From: Polymyxa betae A26-41
Lineage: Eukaryota > Protista > Endomyxa: Phytomyxea
DNA length: 64,000 nt
Direction of reading: 5' to 3'
Assembly: GCA_003693705.1 (NCBI GenBank)
Contig: RBZT01000546.1
Span: forward strand, 62,001 to 126,000
Shown here: in pieces, positions 51,301-63,823 of the stretch
Position numbering within the stretch: position 1 is the first letter of the stretch
Layout of the letters: every line of letters starts with the position of its first letter
Translations under genes and position numbers: made by a program
The notes under the pieces: model-generated
Told to the model about the DNA's origin: nothing
Seen by the model: only the letters and a program-made list of their open reading frames with translations
The model's database searches: none

Positions 51301-52464
51301 TTCTTGACGTGGGCAGCGTTAGCTTTTGATCATTATTCAGAAGTGTTTCCGTTCGTTCTGCATGCTTCGAAGTGCATTCTGGAATTCACAGCCGATGACG
51401 AATCTGTTCGGCATCGAGGGTTTTCATCATTGACCAGACATTCACTGCCAGTAATTATTGACCTATTACAAGTACGTGAAATTTCTTGGAAGTTCTGACC
51501 TGATCTATTTACAATGTCGCAGCGCATTTGTCTTCTTGGAATTCATCGAGTGTCTTTGAGCGACCGCTCTCGATCCGATTTCTGTCAACTGAAGGAATAT
51601 CTTTCCGCATTCCTTCTGATTCTGAAGCATCATGACTATAGTAATCCGAAGACTACTCAAGTTGGTTGCATAGTGAATTAATCTTCCAGTCTCTTACATT
51701 TTTCATTAGACGAATTGTATCCGACTGTTTTCTGATTTGCATTATGTGTTTGAAAGCTGTATTAAACTGGCATCTTCTAAGCAGTCGGACATCCCAAAGA
51801 AGAGCCTTGCACCTTTGTCGTCTTTACTCGTATCTATTGTTGCCGAAACACGGGCCTTCACTAATTCATTGCGGCTCGAGCGTAATAATTGTAACTGCAG
51901 TTGTTCTGTAATGAGAACTCGGAGATTTGACCATATCTTAGCTAAGAAACTTACTTCAGCAAGGCTGTTACCCTCCTTGCTAAAGCGCGTTGAGCAATTT
52001 GAATCTCGTCTGTCGGTTCTGGTTGGCCCATTTCAATTTCAGTTGAACCCGTTCGACATTGAAGAATGCCTTGAGCAATTTTCTGATTGGAGGCGTGAAT
52101 CAAGACATAAGTGTATTGAAGATCCATACGAAAACGAGAACAATGACGAGCCGTCTGGTGTGAAGGATTTGGATTTAGAGGTAATTTGTCTCATTTCGAA
52201 TTCGCTCATCTGAGATGTTTCGGGTAGTCTGATTTGAATATGCCCAATGGTGATGAACTTAATGACGAAGAGTTCATTGCGAGGTTTTATCAAGAAAGTG
52301 GCGATGAGAGTACAGAAGTGGCCGGTGACCCAAAAAGTGACCAGGAGTCAACCGAAAATCAGGACGAAATTGATTGTAGTGGCAGCAGTGATAGTGAACA
52401 GAGCTTCTCACAAGACTCTGACTCGCCTATCAGACGAAGTCAAAGGAGGCGCAATACTAGATAA
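48340..52464 (+). CDS. FANCD2/FANCI-family alpha-solenoid DNA-repair protein, multi-exon
   Basis: HMPAL..LLQDDRSRLVPVLASVAMLPL..DMPAVCRALL aligns with FANCD2 LPEI..LTVPILDVLSSLRL..DLPVIIKFIL; LVVCQKNIL matches the monoubiquitinated-Lys helix; acidic C-terminal tail. Confidence 0.7.
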
Positions 52465-52513
52465 GTCTGAAAGATCTCTGTGTATACAATAATAAGTTAT
52501 TCAATTACTGTTT

Positions 52514-55500
52514 TCATGTCGTCCTGGAATTTGATTTCTCACTGCAGTGGTCAGCTTTTCCATCTGTCTGCAGTTGTTTAGTGGAATGGAGTCGTCTCTT
52601 GGTCCCCTTTGGGGACAACTCTCTTCTCATTGTCTGAACTATAGTTTGCACTCTTGAAGCCAGGCCTGGTTGACCGAAATTAAATAATGACGATACAAGC
52701 TCAATGGGCTCCTTTGACTCATCAGACTCTGACTTATATTTCAACTTCATCTTTTCGATACGGGCCACCACGTAAATAAGATCATTAGGTTGTACAACAG
52801 TTGTAGAAGGCGGATTCGTGAACACGAACGGTATCGGAGCCTTTGTCGTGCTCGCGTTTTTGCATCTTAATAACCCTATAGGCAGATACATGTATTTTGT
52901 GAGGAGATAATTCAAAACGGTCAAGTATGTCTGGCCCCCTAGATGCCTGTGAACTTGAGTACAACAGTATGTCGTTCGTAAACAAAACTTACTCTGGAAC
53001 TCGAGTGAGAACGAGACATTGGCGCTCTTCCGGGTTGCCCTTGGGAACTGTTCCATAAATAAGGGCGTCGACGACATTGATCAGATGAGGATTGAAAAAG
53101 GATCCAGCTGTAACCGATTCCAGCATTCCTGAACTGTAGATTTTCCCATCAGCAACTGCCAGTGCCGGAAGTCGCTTGCCATTATCCTCCATTGACGACA
53201 AAACGTCGATCGGATTTGTTCCAGTTCGAGTGAAAGCTGGCCTCAGAAACCTGAATCATTGAGCGCGGAACACGAAATAGCATCAACGCTGTAACCTTAA
53301 ATTGGACTCATAGAGCAGCTCAATGATTGTATTCGAGCTATCGGATCTCTTTTCTGCATTCTCAATGGCAAGAGTGTTGATAATCGTGGTGTAATCAGCT
53401 CGAACGATTTGTCGTCTTTCATCATCTTGCTCGGTTGCTCGAATTTGGAACGGGTTTGCAAGAAGAACACAGGCACTCGCAGAATGAATGTTAACTCTCT
53501 CTAAATCGGCACTGTTTTGAACAGATCCAATTAACTGATACACTTCTTCGAAAGAGGCTAATATTTCGGCCAGCGGCCCTGGAAGCAATGCCTCTTGGAC
53601 GATTACAGCCGGAATGATTACAGGAAAATTTCGGCATCTCACAGTCCGAATAAATTCTGTCAAGGATAAATCGATATGACCGCAAACAATGATATGCCCT
53701 TTCATATTGACCGCGGATTCTAATACAGGAACAGATCGGCTGCTTGATACTGCAGTCTCAATCAAATGATTGTATTCGCGGGAGGAATCTAGCAATGACA
53801 TTTGAAATGCCATGGGGAGAACGACGCGATCATGCATTCGAATTGTAGATTCGATGCCCAAGGCATCCTCGCTGAACGGGCGTTTGATGCGGCATATGGG
53901 GGAGGGCGATGGCAACGATGGAGGTGGCAGGGATGTCACACGCTCCTCAGAATCAAGCCCTTCGCTGAGACGTTGCTTCATGATTCGTATGCGATGGGGA
54001 GAGACATATTGATCTTTGGTGAAGTGTGGAAGATCAGCAGCATGGTGAACATCCTTTGCAAGCACATAGACGAGCTCGCCTTCATGTATAACGCGATCAC
54101 AGGGAGCCAGCTGGATCTCGATATTTCCGGCTTCTGTTAGTTCACCCATTGCGAATGGTAGAATACTACTTTGCTCAGCCAATTCGGCACATGCTTCTGC
54201 AAACGTCCATCCATGAAAGTAGGCACCCCAAACTGTAGGAAAGGCTTGAAAACGGCTTCCAGCACTATAGTCTCTCCACCATTCGTTGCCTGCATCCGGG
54301 TCTTTATCATCCTTCTTGACAAGATCTTCTGGATCGAACGATTGCAATAAATTACACACCAATGTATGCAATGCAGGGACAACACAGCTTCCAGCTAATA
54401 GCGCCATAGTCCTCTGTTTCACACAAATACATTGCATATTGGGGAATTTCTGCAATGTCTTGCACAAAACATGGCCTTGATTTCGAATATCATTGATTTG
54501 TACCATTGTGGGAATTGTCGGAGAGTGATTCTTAATTGAAATGGCCGTCAAGAAGGCATTGACATCATTTGCATTGAGCTCCGCCATGTCAGACGACGTT
54601 CTCCGTGATAAAATGAAGACAGCCTTGGCACTGCCCAAAGCAACCCGTTCAAGGTCGAGTGGTTCGTGAACAGATCCCTTTATGGAATGCTTAATGAATT
54701 GAACAGTGATAAAAGTTGGCAGTACGAACCGAGATGTAGTGTACGAGTGAGGAATATGAGGCATGACGTAATGCAGTTTTTAATGTCTGGCAGGTCTCAA
54801 TCTGCGACAAGATCACCACCCGCAGTCGCAGGCTGCGATCACGAAAATTGGAATGCAGCAAACACATCAGAAACTCATGTAGCTGTTTGGTGGGATAATC
54901 AGCTGGCACAACACAAACGACATGGGAGAACCCAGACCTAGCAACAAATATGAGTATTTGAACTGATATCAGACCAGACTGGTTTCATACTGAGGATAAT
55001 AGACGCCTCCAGTTTGATTCAGCATATTAGTGAGATGTAAGATCCTTGCCGAATGCAATGGGATAACAACAACGGCGACCGTCATCATGGTGATGACGAG
55101 CATTTTGCCACCTAATGTCACCGGAACTATGTCTCCATATCCGATTGTGGCTAATGTCGTAGCAACGAAATAGAATGCGTCGTGGAACTGCAGCGTTTCT
55201 GGTGATACTGGCCCCATGTCGGTCTCGAGGAGTAGAAACACACCGCTAACAACAGTGATGCCAGATAGCACTGTTAATACCAATGCCCCTGTTGCTATCC
55301 ACAGGCTATTGTCGACCAGGTTCAGCAGCCTGTGAAATCTAGCGAATCGTAGCGACCGGAACACTCTGGTGACGATAATCAGCAACGGGAACAGCGGCCC
55401 AATCTCCCAAGTTACTTGAAGAATCGCATCGCTCGCAACACCCGAAACATGATGATGTTCGACCGAGCGAAGCGAAGGATAAGGGCCCCATTGCTGCCGT

Positions 55501-56002
55501 CGCTATTGGTGAGGTCGGCCGACGCCAGCAGCGGTAGGATAGTGAGCAGGTCGAGCAAGCCGCTCCAGGACTTGAAGTAGGGCAAGCCGAACAATACAAG
55601 TCTGAAAACATAGTCGGCGACGAAGAACCAGGTGAGAATGAACTCGAGCAAGTGGAGCGCCTGATTGTCGCCAAAGGCGGGGTACGTTGAGATGATATAG
55701 ACAGCAGTCGAGACAAACCCTAGGTTACGTTACTGGGGGGACGCGGCCACCTCTCGTGTGATAATCATACCTAGCAGGGCAGTGATGACGTCCATCCATA
55801 CAACCATTCGGCCGTTTTGGATTCGTCGGAACCAGATCATCAGGGGGAACTCCATCTGCCATGTCCGGACGAAATTTTCGAATTTCTCGAAGCCGTAGAT
55901 TTCGATTCGCGTCTTGAGGCGATCGTCCGGGTTCGGTGCTGGTGGTTTCATGGCGTTTAAGGCAGCCGACAGGCTGGCCTTTTCGCCCAACCTTGCTGTC
56001 AT
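52514..56002 (-). CDS. Slo/BK-family K+ channel with tandem RCK domains, multi-exon
   Basis: S1-S6 with pore FYFVATTLATIGYGDIVP; RCK1 (GS..DLERV..AKAVFIL) and RCK2 (GHIIVCG..GS..DLERVNI); YLPIGLLR, FVFTNPP. Confidence 0.93.
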
Positions 56003-56120
56003 ATCTGAATTAAGATGATCAAGTTCAGGGTACTTGATTCTAGGACTTCAAGGATCTCATCAAATCGTTGTTTGCAAATTGAGATGCCTCGGGTCAATGA
56101 CTGAAACAGTTTATAATCAA

Positions 56121-58324
56121 CTAAATAGATCTTCGATAATTTCTGGGTGTCATCATCTGCTGAATTAACTGATCATCGACTTCCGATTCAGATTGTGCTT
56201 CGTCTTCTTCGTCATCCATCTCCTCCTCGCTGTCCTCATCCTCATCTTCGTCTTCAGGCTTGTTCACATTGGGAATGAAGCCGAACTCATCGTCCTGCTC
56301 CCTATCCGAGTATGACATCCTGGTTGTATATTGCGAACCCAATGAATGCTTGGAACTGCTAGGTGTGGTTCCACGAATCGACATCTTTTTTCGCACCAAT
56401 CGTGAAAGCATCTTCTTTTGCTTTTTCGCTGATGACCTGGCGCTATGGATGACGGCTGACAACGCTGCTGCCAAACCGTCAATCTGCTCGTCCTTGATTT
56501 CCTCAAGAGTCTTGGTCCATGCGTCTTCTAAGATACTAAGTCCAGATGTCAAGAGAGATGACTGATCGGCAAAAGGTAAGATACATACACAAGCAGCATA
56601 TTAACAATAATGAAAATCATAGAGCAGACATAGGCAATGCACATTAATGGGCCAATTACAGGATTGTGTTCTTGCATTTCCTCGAAGTTGAGATGCCCAA
56701 ACGATCCGTGAAACAGTGTCATTGAAGTAGACGAAATTGATTTAAATTCAGCTAGCTGGTGGAATCCGGCATAAAAGGCCTGAACAAAACTCACATAAAC
56801 GGCCTATCGACTAAGTTTCAGTGTTGTGCAGCAGCTCTGAAGGCGAGATCTTACGAGAAATAGAGCGAGCCAAGCCAACAATTCCTTCCGTGCTGTGGTC
56901 AGCGCTCTTTCCAACATCGACATACGAGACGATATCCTCATGTATTTCAAAATCTGTGACCATGTTGAACATGAAATCGTGGGCAGAGTTTCTGGACATA
57001 CTCGAACCCAAGTCAAAACTGCATTCACGGCCGTCAAGTTTCGTAATTGATTGCTACTATATGCATAATACTGCCAATTAATGTACGGATCGGTATCAAT
57101 GCGATGGAGCAGAAACGCGCCGCAGCATCGAAGAACGATGGTAATGATAACGATCAGGAAGAACAGAAATGTGTTAAGAAACTCGATAACATTCCAGGTA
57201 CTCTTAAAATACGCCCATCGTGTCCTCCGAACTTCGTCGACCATGGTCTTTACCATCTTGATGAAGGCCACAAGAAACAAACCCTCGAGGACAGCCGAGA
57301 GATAATCAGACGACGTGTCATAGAATCTCACCGCACAGATGCGAAAGAAGCTGCTCGGGACCACGCCGCCATAGATTGGCATTTCAAACAACAGCCGGAC
57401 GACGCTGAGCAGGTCTAAGCTTGGGTTGTAGAGAGTGAAATCGATAAATAATGCTCGCGTATGTAGATCGATAAAGTAGTTGGATTTCCAATCCTGAAAT
57501 GTTGCCATTGTTTGAGTAAGATTTTGAGAGAGGAACGTATAGTAGGCTCCTGAACCGTATTGAGTATCTGGGCCTATTATCCATCTGTTTATAGTCCATT
57601 GGGGATCATCCTCGTATTTATAGAGGTCGCCTTTGGCACCACCGAAACTCGACTTGCTCAGCTTCGATGAAAAACAGGTCGTCGTTTCAACCAGCCATTG
57701 CTCCTCGGCTGGCACTTTGCAATCTTGAAATGCCGACCGAGCCTGACCTGCTCGTATTTCACCAAACAGTCGAGAACGGCCATACGAGCCGTCGTCGTCA
57801 GGCGCTAATGCAGACGCTAGCGTATTCTCTAGATACTTCCAGAGAGCTTGCTGGGATCTGATCTCATTGAAAGACGACAGGAGCACACCGTTGCCGTTTA
57901 GACGGCGACTCAACGGAGCGAATCTGGATTCCAAGGTCTCTTTCCAAGCATGTGGAATCGTTTCATCTGTTCGGGACATGGTGACAGCCACGAACAGAGA
58001 CAGGAAAATCGAGTAGAAGAATAGCTGATGAATAATACCTGTGGCGTTACCCATGATTTTATTCTTCGTTGCGATTGCAAGGTTGACTCCTAAACAGCCC
58101 AATAAGGTAACCATATTGCATCAGCAAATCTCGAAGACACCATTGATAATGGAATTCCTCCTACTGCTGATCTGGGCACTGCCATTCGTCTCTCCCAGAT
58201 TGGCAATGGCTGCTTTGAAGCGGGCCGACAAGGGTACACTGTTGGAGCGGTTAGAGCTGCTCCCAGTTCCCGGAGCAGTCCCGATCGGGCCAGCATTCCC
58301 GGCCCCGCCTCCTGGATCCGCCAT
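56121..58324 (-). CDS. polycystin-2 (PKD2/TRPP)-like cation channel, multi-exon
   Basis: TOP domain (RLFGEIRAGQAR, YGSGAY, FIDLHTRALFIDFTLYNPSLDL..RLLFEMP..GGV), YFKSTWNVIE, six TM segments, acidic C-tail. Confidence 0.9.
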
Positions 58325-59359
58325 TCAGTCGAAACCGCTCGGCAATTACATTGTGACGATCGTCTGGGGCGGTCAGTCGTACCGAAGGTTCAAATACCTA
58401 CTTCCTGGACAAATTTGAAAGGCGCAGAAATTGGAAGCCTTTATTCAGATTTCTGACAATCCAAAGTAAACAGAGGTTGCCGTTTACCGGAAGGTAATCC
58501 CTTTAAAGTAGCAGCGAACAAATGATCAGCAATAGCCGATAAAAATAGTAACAACGTCATCACAAATGTTATAACGTCAACAGTAATCTTCCTAGTAAAA
58601 ATTGTCGTACATCGCGACAGGCTGCCTTGATTTCTGGAAAAACTTTTTAAGCAGTGAAGGAACCAAAAGCTACTACTGCTCCGAGTCTCCTTTTGAAAGG
58701 CGATTTTTCGGTAATCAAAGCTCTCATTCAAAAGCCGGTGTCGATAAGCTTTCAATCAAAAGGTCCATTCACCAATAAACAGCATTCTGTTAAGAGATAA
58801 GCTTGACCATTCCCAATCACAGGCTCTATAATGTCATTAGAGTTTCTCATTACCTCTTGCTGACGTCAGCTGTTAAATGCTGACATCTGATGCCCGAACT
58901 TATCGCCAATTACCTCCAACAGCTCGGCGTGCTATGCTTGGTGCATTCTATGGAAACGATTCTGTGCCTGGCATCACGATGGGTATCCTTACCGCCACAA
59001 GGAATTTGAAATTCGCTCCTCGGTACAGCTGCGACATCTGACTGAGGTCTGGCCGCCCACGGAGGTTACCTGATCGGTATGAATCGGCGAACCGTTTCTT
59101 CAGAAACTGATGTCAGATGCAGCTTGCCGGGAATCGGTGTTAGCCACAACGCTTTCGGGCTTAGCGAATTAAGGGTTGTCTTGGACCGATCTTGTATTGA
59201 AGTAAGCAAGGAGGCCTCTGTCCGCTTCATTCCAGAGGTTGGCTTTATTGAGGGCAGCGCCCCTTTCTCGCCGTAACGTCATCCTGAGTGACTACAGGCA
59301 AAGCTTCTTCACTAGTACACGGCACAGACTATATCGGCTGCATTCCTTCTAAACCAATC

Positions 59360-62300
59360 ATGGCCAAGGAAGCGGCGATGGTCGAGATGACCTCTGGTCT
59401 GTCCGACAGTCTTGTCAAGACTCTGACCGCGCAAGAGATTGTTCAACGGGTTGAAGCGAATGTTGATCTTGCTGACATGGCGAAGAGCGCCGGTCTGAAG
59501 CCGGAGCAAGTGAAGGAGCGTTTAGCCAGGGATGGACCCAACTGCATGACCCAGAAACCGCCTTTGCCGCTCTGGAAACGGTTTGGCAAGCATCTGCTAG
59601 ATCCAATGCTTATACTTCTTATGATTGCTGGTCTGTGCAACGCCTTAAATTCTTATATAATCCGACCCTCTATTTAGGCGTATTATGTTTTATAGCTTAT
59701 GCTGTGAATGGACCAACAGATACTCCTGACTTGTGGCTGGGTGTTATCTTATTTGTTCTTGTTTTTTTGACTTCCGAGCTATCGTTTTATCAAGAGGGCC
59801 AGGTAACGATCGAAGCAAGAATAAACACTTCAGAATTCGCTGAATAATCTAATCAGGCTGAAAGCATAATGAACGGATTCGATAATATGCTTCCGCAAGC
59901 CGCAACAGTGAGGCGAGGCAGTCAGCAAGTTTCAGTACAGGCGAAGGACCTTGTCTTGGGTGATGTGGTTGTTTTAGAGACAGGTTTCTTGAGGGTTCTT
60001 CTTTGCAGAATAAGTGCTTATCAGCAACTTTTAGGTGACAAAGTTCCTGCTGATATTGCATTGCTGCAATGTCGGGGACTTCGTGCAGATCTCAGTTCGA
60101 TGACGGGAGAATCCCTACCTGTCAAGATGCGAACTTTATCCGATCCTTCATCTGAGGTGGAATCAGCATCGCACAAGCGCTGCTTTTCTAATGTAGATTC
60201 AGGGTGAGTGCATCGCTCTCAGCAGCTCCCAAATCATGGCTGGCAATGCAATTGGAGTCGTGATCAGAACCGGAGACCGATGCACTATTGGTATGATTGC
60301 CAATCTCGCTAACGCTCCGATTGGCTCCAACTCCACATTGAGGCGAAATGTGGAACACTTTGTGAAAAAGATTGGAATTCTTGCCATTTGCATGGCTATT
60401 GTGTTTTTTGTCATTTCTATCTGGAGATACGGAACGAAAAACATCATTAGTTTGATCGTATCCAGTTTTATTGTCGTTTTAGTTGCGAATGTTCCAGAGG
60501 TAATATTGCAAACGATCAGGTTTGGATATCCTGAAGGTACAAACAGGGATTGCCTGCTGCTGTATCTGGTTGTCTTGCTGTCGCAGCAAGACGCATGGCT
60601 GATAAAAAAGTTCTCGTTAAACGTCTAGAAGTCCTGGATACGCTTGGCGCCGTGACAGTATGTTAAAACAGCATGACTTTCTGCATTTCCTGAATCGCGT
60701 AATGTCAGACTATCTGCACTGATAAAACTGGGACCTTGACTCAGAATCACATGGCGGTATGCCGTGATATCTGAATCTCTGCTATTTTGCCTGAAATTTT
60801 CGCATAGGTATCAGCTTTGTTTTATGAAGACGAGGAGCAACCTCCAGATGCGTTATCCCATCCACGACACAAACAGGTAGACACATAATTCTTTACTCCT
60901 GCGATTCTTATGAAATCCAGGAAATCAAATCAGCATTCAAGTTTCATGGACTCTTCCCACTCTGTTTCAAGAATGATCCTTTGCATTGTACCATTTTGTT
61001 CACCGCTTTGTGCAATCAAGCCACAGCAACAGATTACGTCCCGGGACACGAGCGAGAAGAATCCGTTGTGACGAAACCGGTATTAGGCTCCCCTCAAACA
61101 CTTTCTGTGGGGGATACAATCAAGAATGCTCGCCTCATGGTCCATTCAAATTCATTTAAAAATGGGAAAGATAAACGCAATTCTCTGGTAAACAAGTTAT
61201 TCCTCTTCCTTTCGCTTTCTGAATTTAGAACGTACACAGGTTTTGGATTCTCGGAATGCTGCCTCGACATATTCTACCGTCTCTCGGTTTCAATCGACCC
61301 CAGTTATAATCGACTCAGTCGCTCTCAAGCGAGTCCGTACCATGCCTGCTCATTTTCAGGATAATAATAGCTATCAAAACACTTTAAGCCGCTCTACTAA
61401 GGTGATACCAATTCTCTCTATCTTTTCGGTAGGTTCAATTGAACTGTAGGATGCTTTGCGAAAACAAGTCAGACAACCCAGGCAAAGAGATGTCTTAACT
61501 GGAAATGCATCCGATGTGGCCATGTTTTGTTTTGCTGAGCTATATCTCGACGTAATGGCTGTTAGAGAAGAGGTCCAAAAAACTTTTCATTCATTCTTCT
61601 TTTTTGATGAATCCGATGATATAGATTCGAACATTATTCATGTTACCATTCAGCTCAGAGAGAAAATGGATGGCGACAATTCATGCTGCTCCACCTTCTG
61701 ATCAATCAGAATCTACGAGCAAGCGACTTTTGATTGTAAAAGGCGCGTTAGAAAGAGTGTACGATCATGTGCTTTCTCGTTTGTCCTGGCTAAGTATATC
61801 TTAGAATGCCGAAGTGCACAAAAACATTACGAAGAGGAGCTCATGTTCCGTTAACGTCTGCACTTCGAGAAGGCATCGAAAAAGGATGTTCCGCTTTCGC
61901 CAGGAAAGGCCAGCGTGTAGGTTTTATTGCCTTCCACAAGTTTCTTTTTAAGTTTTTGCAGGTCCTGGTGATATCAATGGCAGTTTTGCCAGCTCAGCCG
62001 GAAGGTTTTGTATATAAATATGAAGAAGATGAGAATGGTGCGGTTACATCTAATTTTCCTGTAAATGACCTAACACTTATATCCTGCGTGGCTATTCACG
62101 ATCCTCCAAAAGTATAGTTTCGCTCACCACCTGCTTATCATCTGACTTCATTAGGTGGGTGTTCCTGATGCCGTTTCCAAATGTCAAAGTGCAGGTATTC
62201 GTGTTATCATGATCACTGGTGACCATCCTGCAACCGCCGAAGCCATAGCGAGGCATTGTAATATAATCAAGGAATATCATACTAAAGAGGAAATAGCAGC

Positions 62301-63823
62301 GCTAGGTGCTTCTACCGATCCCGGCGGGCAGGTTCGATATGGTATATTAGTCGATTCCTGCGAACTCAATCAATTGTAGGCGGAATTAGCTGGAGCTGCA
62401 GTTGTTACTGGTGCTCAGATTGATCAGTACACAGAACAAGAATGGACAGAATTACTCAACATGAATGAAATCGTGTTTGCTCGGACTTCACCTGTCAACA
62501 AGCTGCAAATTGTCGAACGTCTTCAGAAAATGGGAGAAATAGTAGCAATGACCGGAGGTCAGTTTGATGAAGCAAAAGATCAGCTCTTTAGTGATATGAA
62601 TGTTCAGATGGTGTCAATGACTCTCCTGCTCTACGAAGAGCAGACATTGGAATTGCCATGTAAATACACTATAGATGCTAGTGAGAGTCTTTAAGTCTTG
62701 TCCAGGGGATTGAGAGGACAGGATGTTGCACGCGAAGCCGCTGATCTTGTACTGATGGATGATGACTTCTGTACTATTGTAAATGGAATTGAAGAAGGTT
62801 TTTCTCACCAAGGTCGTGTTAAAACTTCCATCATTCTAACATTTGCACAATTTTAGGACGGCTAATATTCGACAATCTTCGCAAAATCATAGCATATACA
62901 CTTGCTCATTTACTGCCAGAAGTAACTGCCATTGCTATTACTTTAATTCTTGGAATGCCTTATGGTTTGAACTCGTTTATGATTCTGTCGATCGATCTTG
63001 GAACAGAGGTAAATCAACGCTCTGCACAGTTACCGGGTCACTTATTTTTCTTAGGTGTTTCCTTCGTTATCGCTGAGCTATGAAGAAGCAGAGGACGCCA
63101 TTATGAATCGTCCGCCTCGTGATGATAAAGTGGATCGCCTAGTTTCATCACAAATTTTCCTATATTCGTACCTCGAGATAGGAATACCTGTCTCCTTGAG
63201 TTGCATCTTCGCGTATTTGATGGTTTTCCAACAATTTGGAGTAATCGATTGTATTTTTGCACTAAATGTTATTTTTAAGCTTTTCCAGATTCAACTCAGA
63301 GATCTTATTGAATGCAAATATTTCACCCCTGGCTCCGCTCCTTACTTGACTACCGACGGCACCTGGATGTCTGCTTCCGAGCAGGTTCGGTTATTGCAAT
63401 CCGCCCAATCCGCTTTCTTGGCCACTATAGTGCTGTCCCAGTTTTGGCACGTTTTTAACGTAAAAACGAGAGTCAATTCTGTATGTGATTTGATAAGCAA
63501 ATTGGATTTGTTTGAGCATAATGACAGATTTGGGAACATGGTATCTTCAACAACCGACTGATGAATGCCGGCGTCCTCGTTGCAATCGGATTGCTTGTTT
63601 CCTTTATCTGTACGTGCTTAAGAGTCGCTTCTTAACTGAATTAACGCCTTTTATAGACATTCCTTTTATGAATGAAGGATTTGGAACTGGTTACATGAGC
63701 GAAACCTGGATTTGGGTTCCTCATCTTTTATCTATGACCTACATCACTGCATTTAATTTCTTCCGAAAATATAAGCTTAGGCAAGACTTAAATAGCAAGT
63801 TTTCATATTGGTTTGGTTGGTAA
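59360..63823 (+). CDS. P-type ATPase, type IIC (Na+/K+- or H+/K+-ATPase alpha-like), multi-exon
   Basis: [92 protein letters not shown]. Confidence 0.94.
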
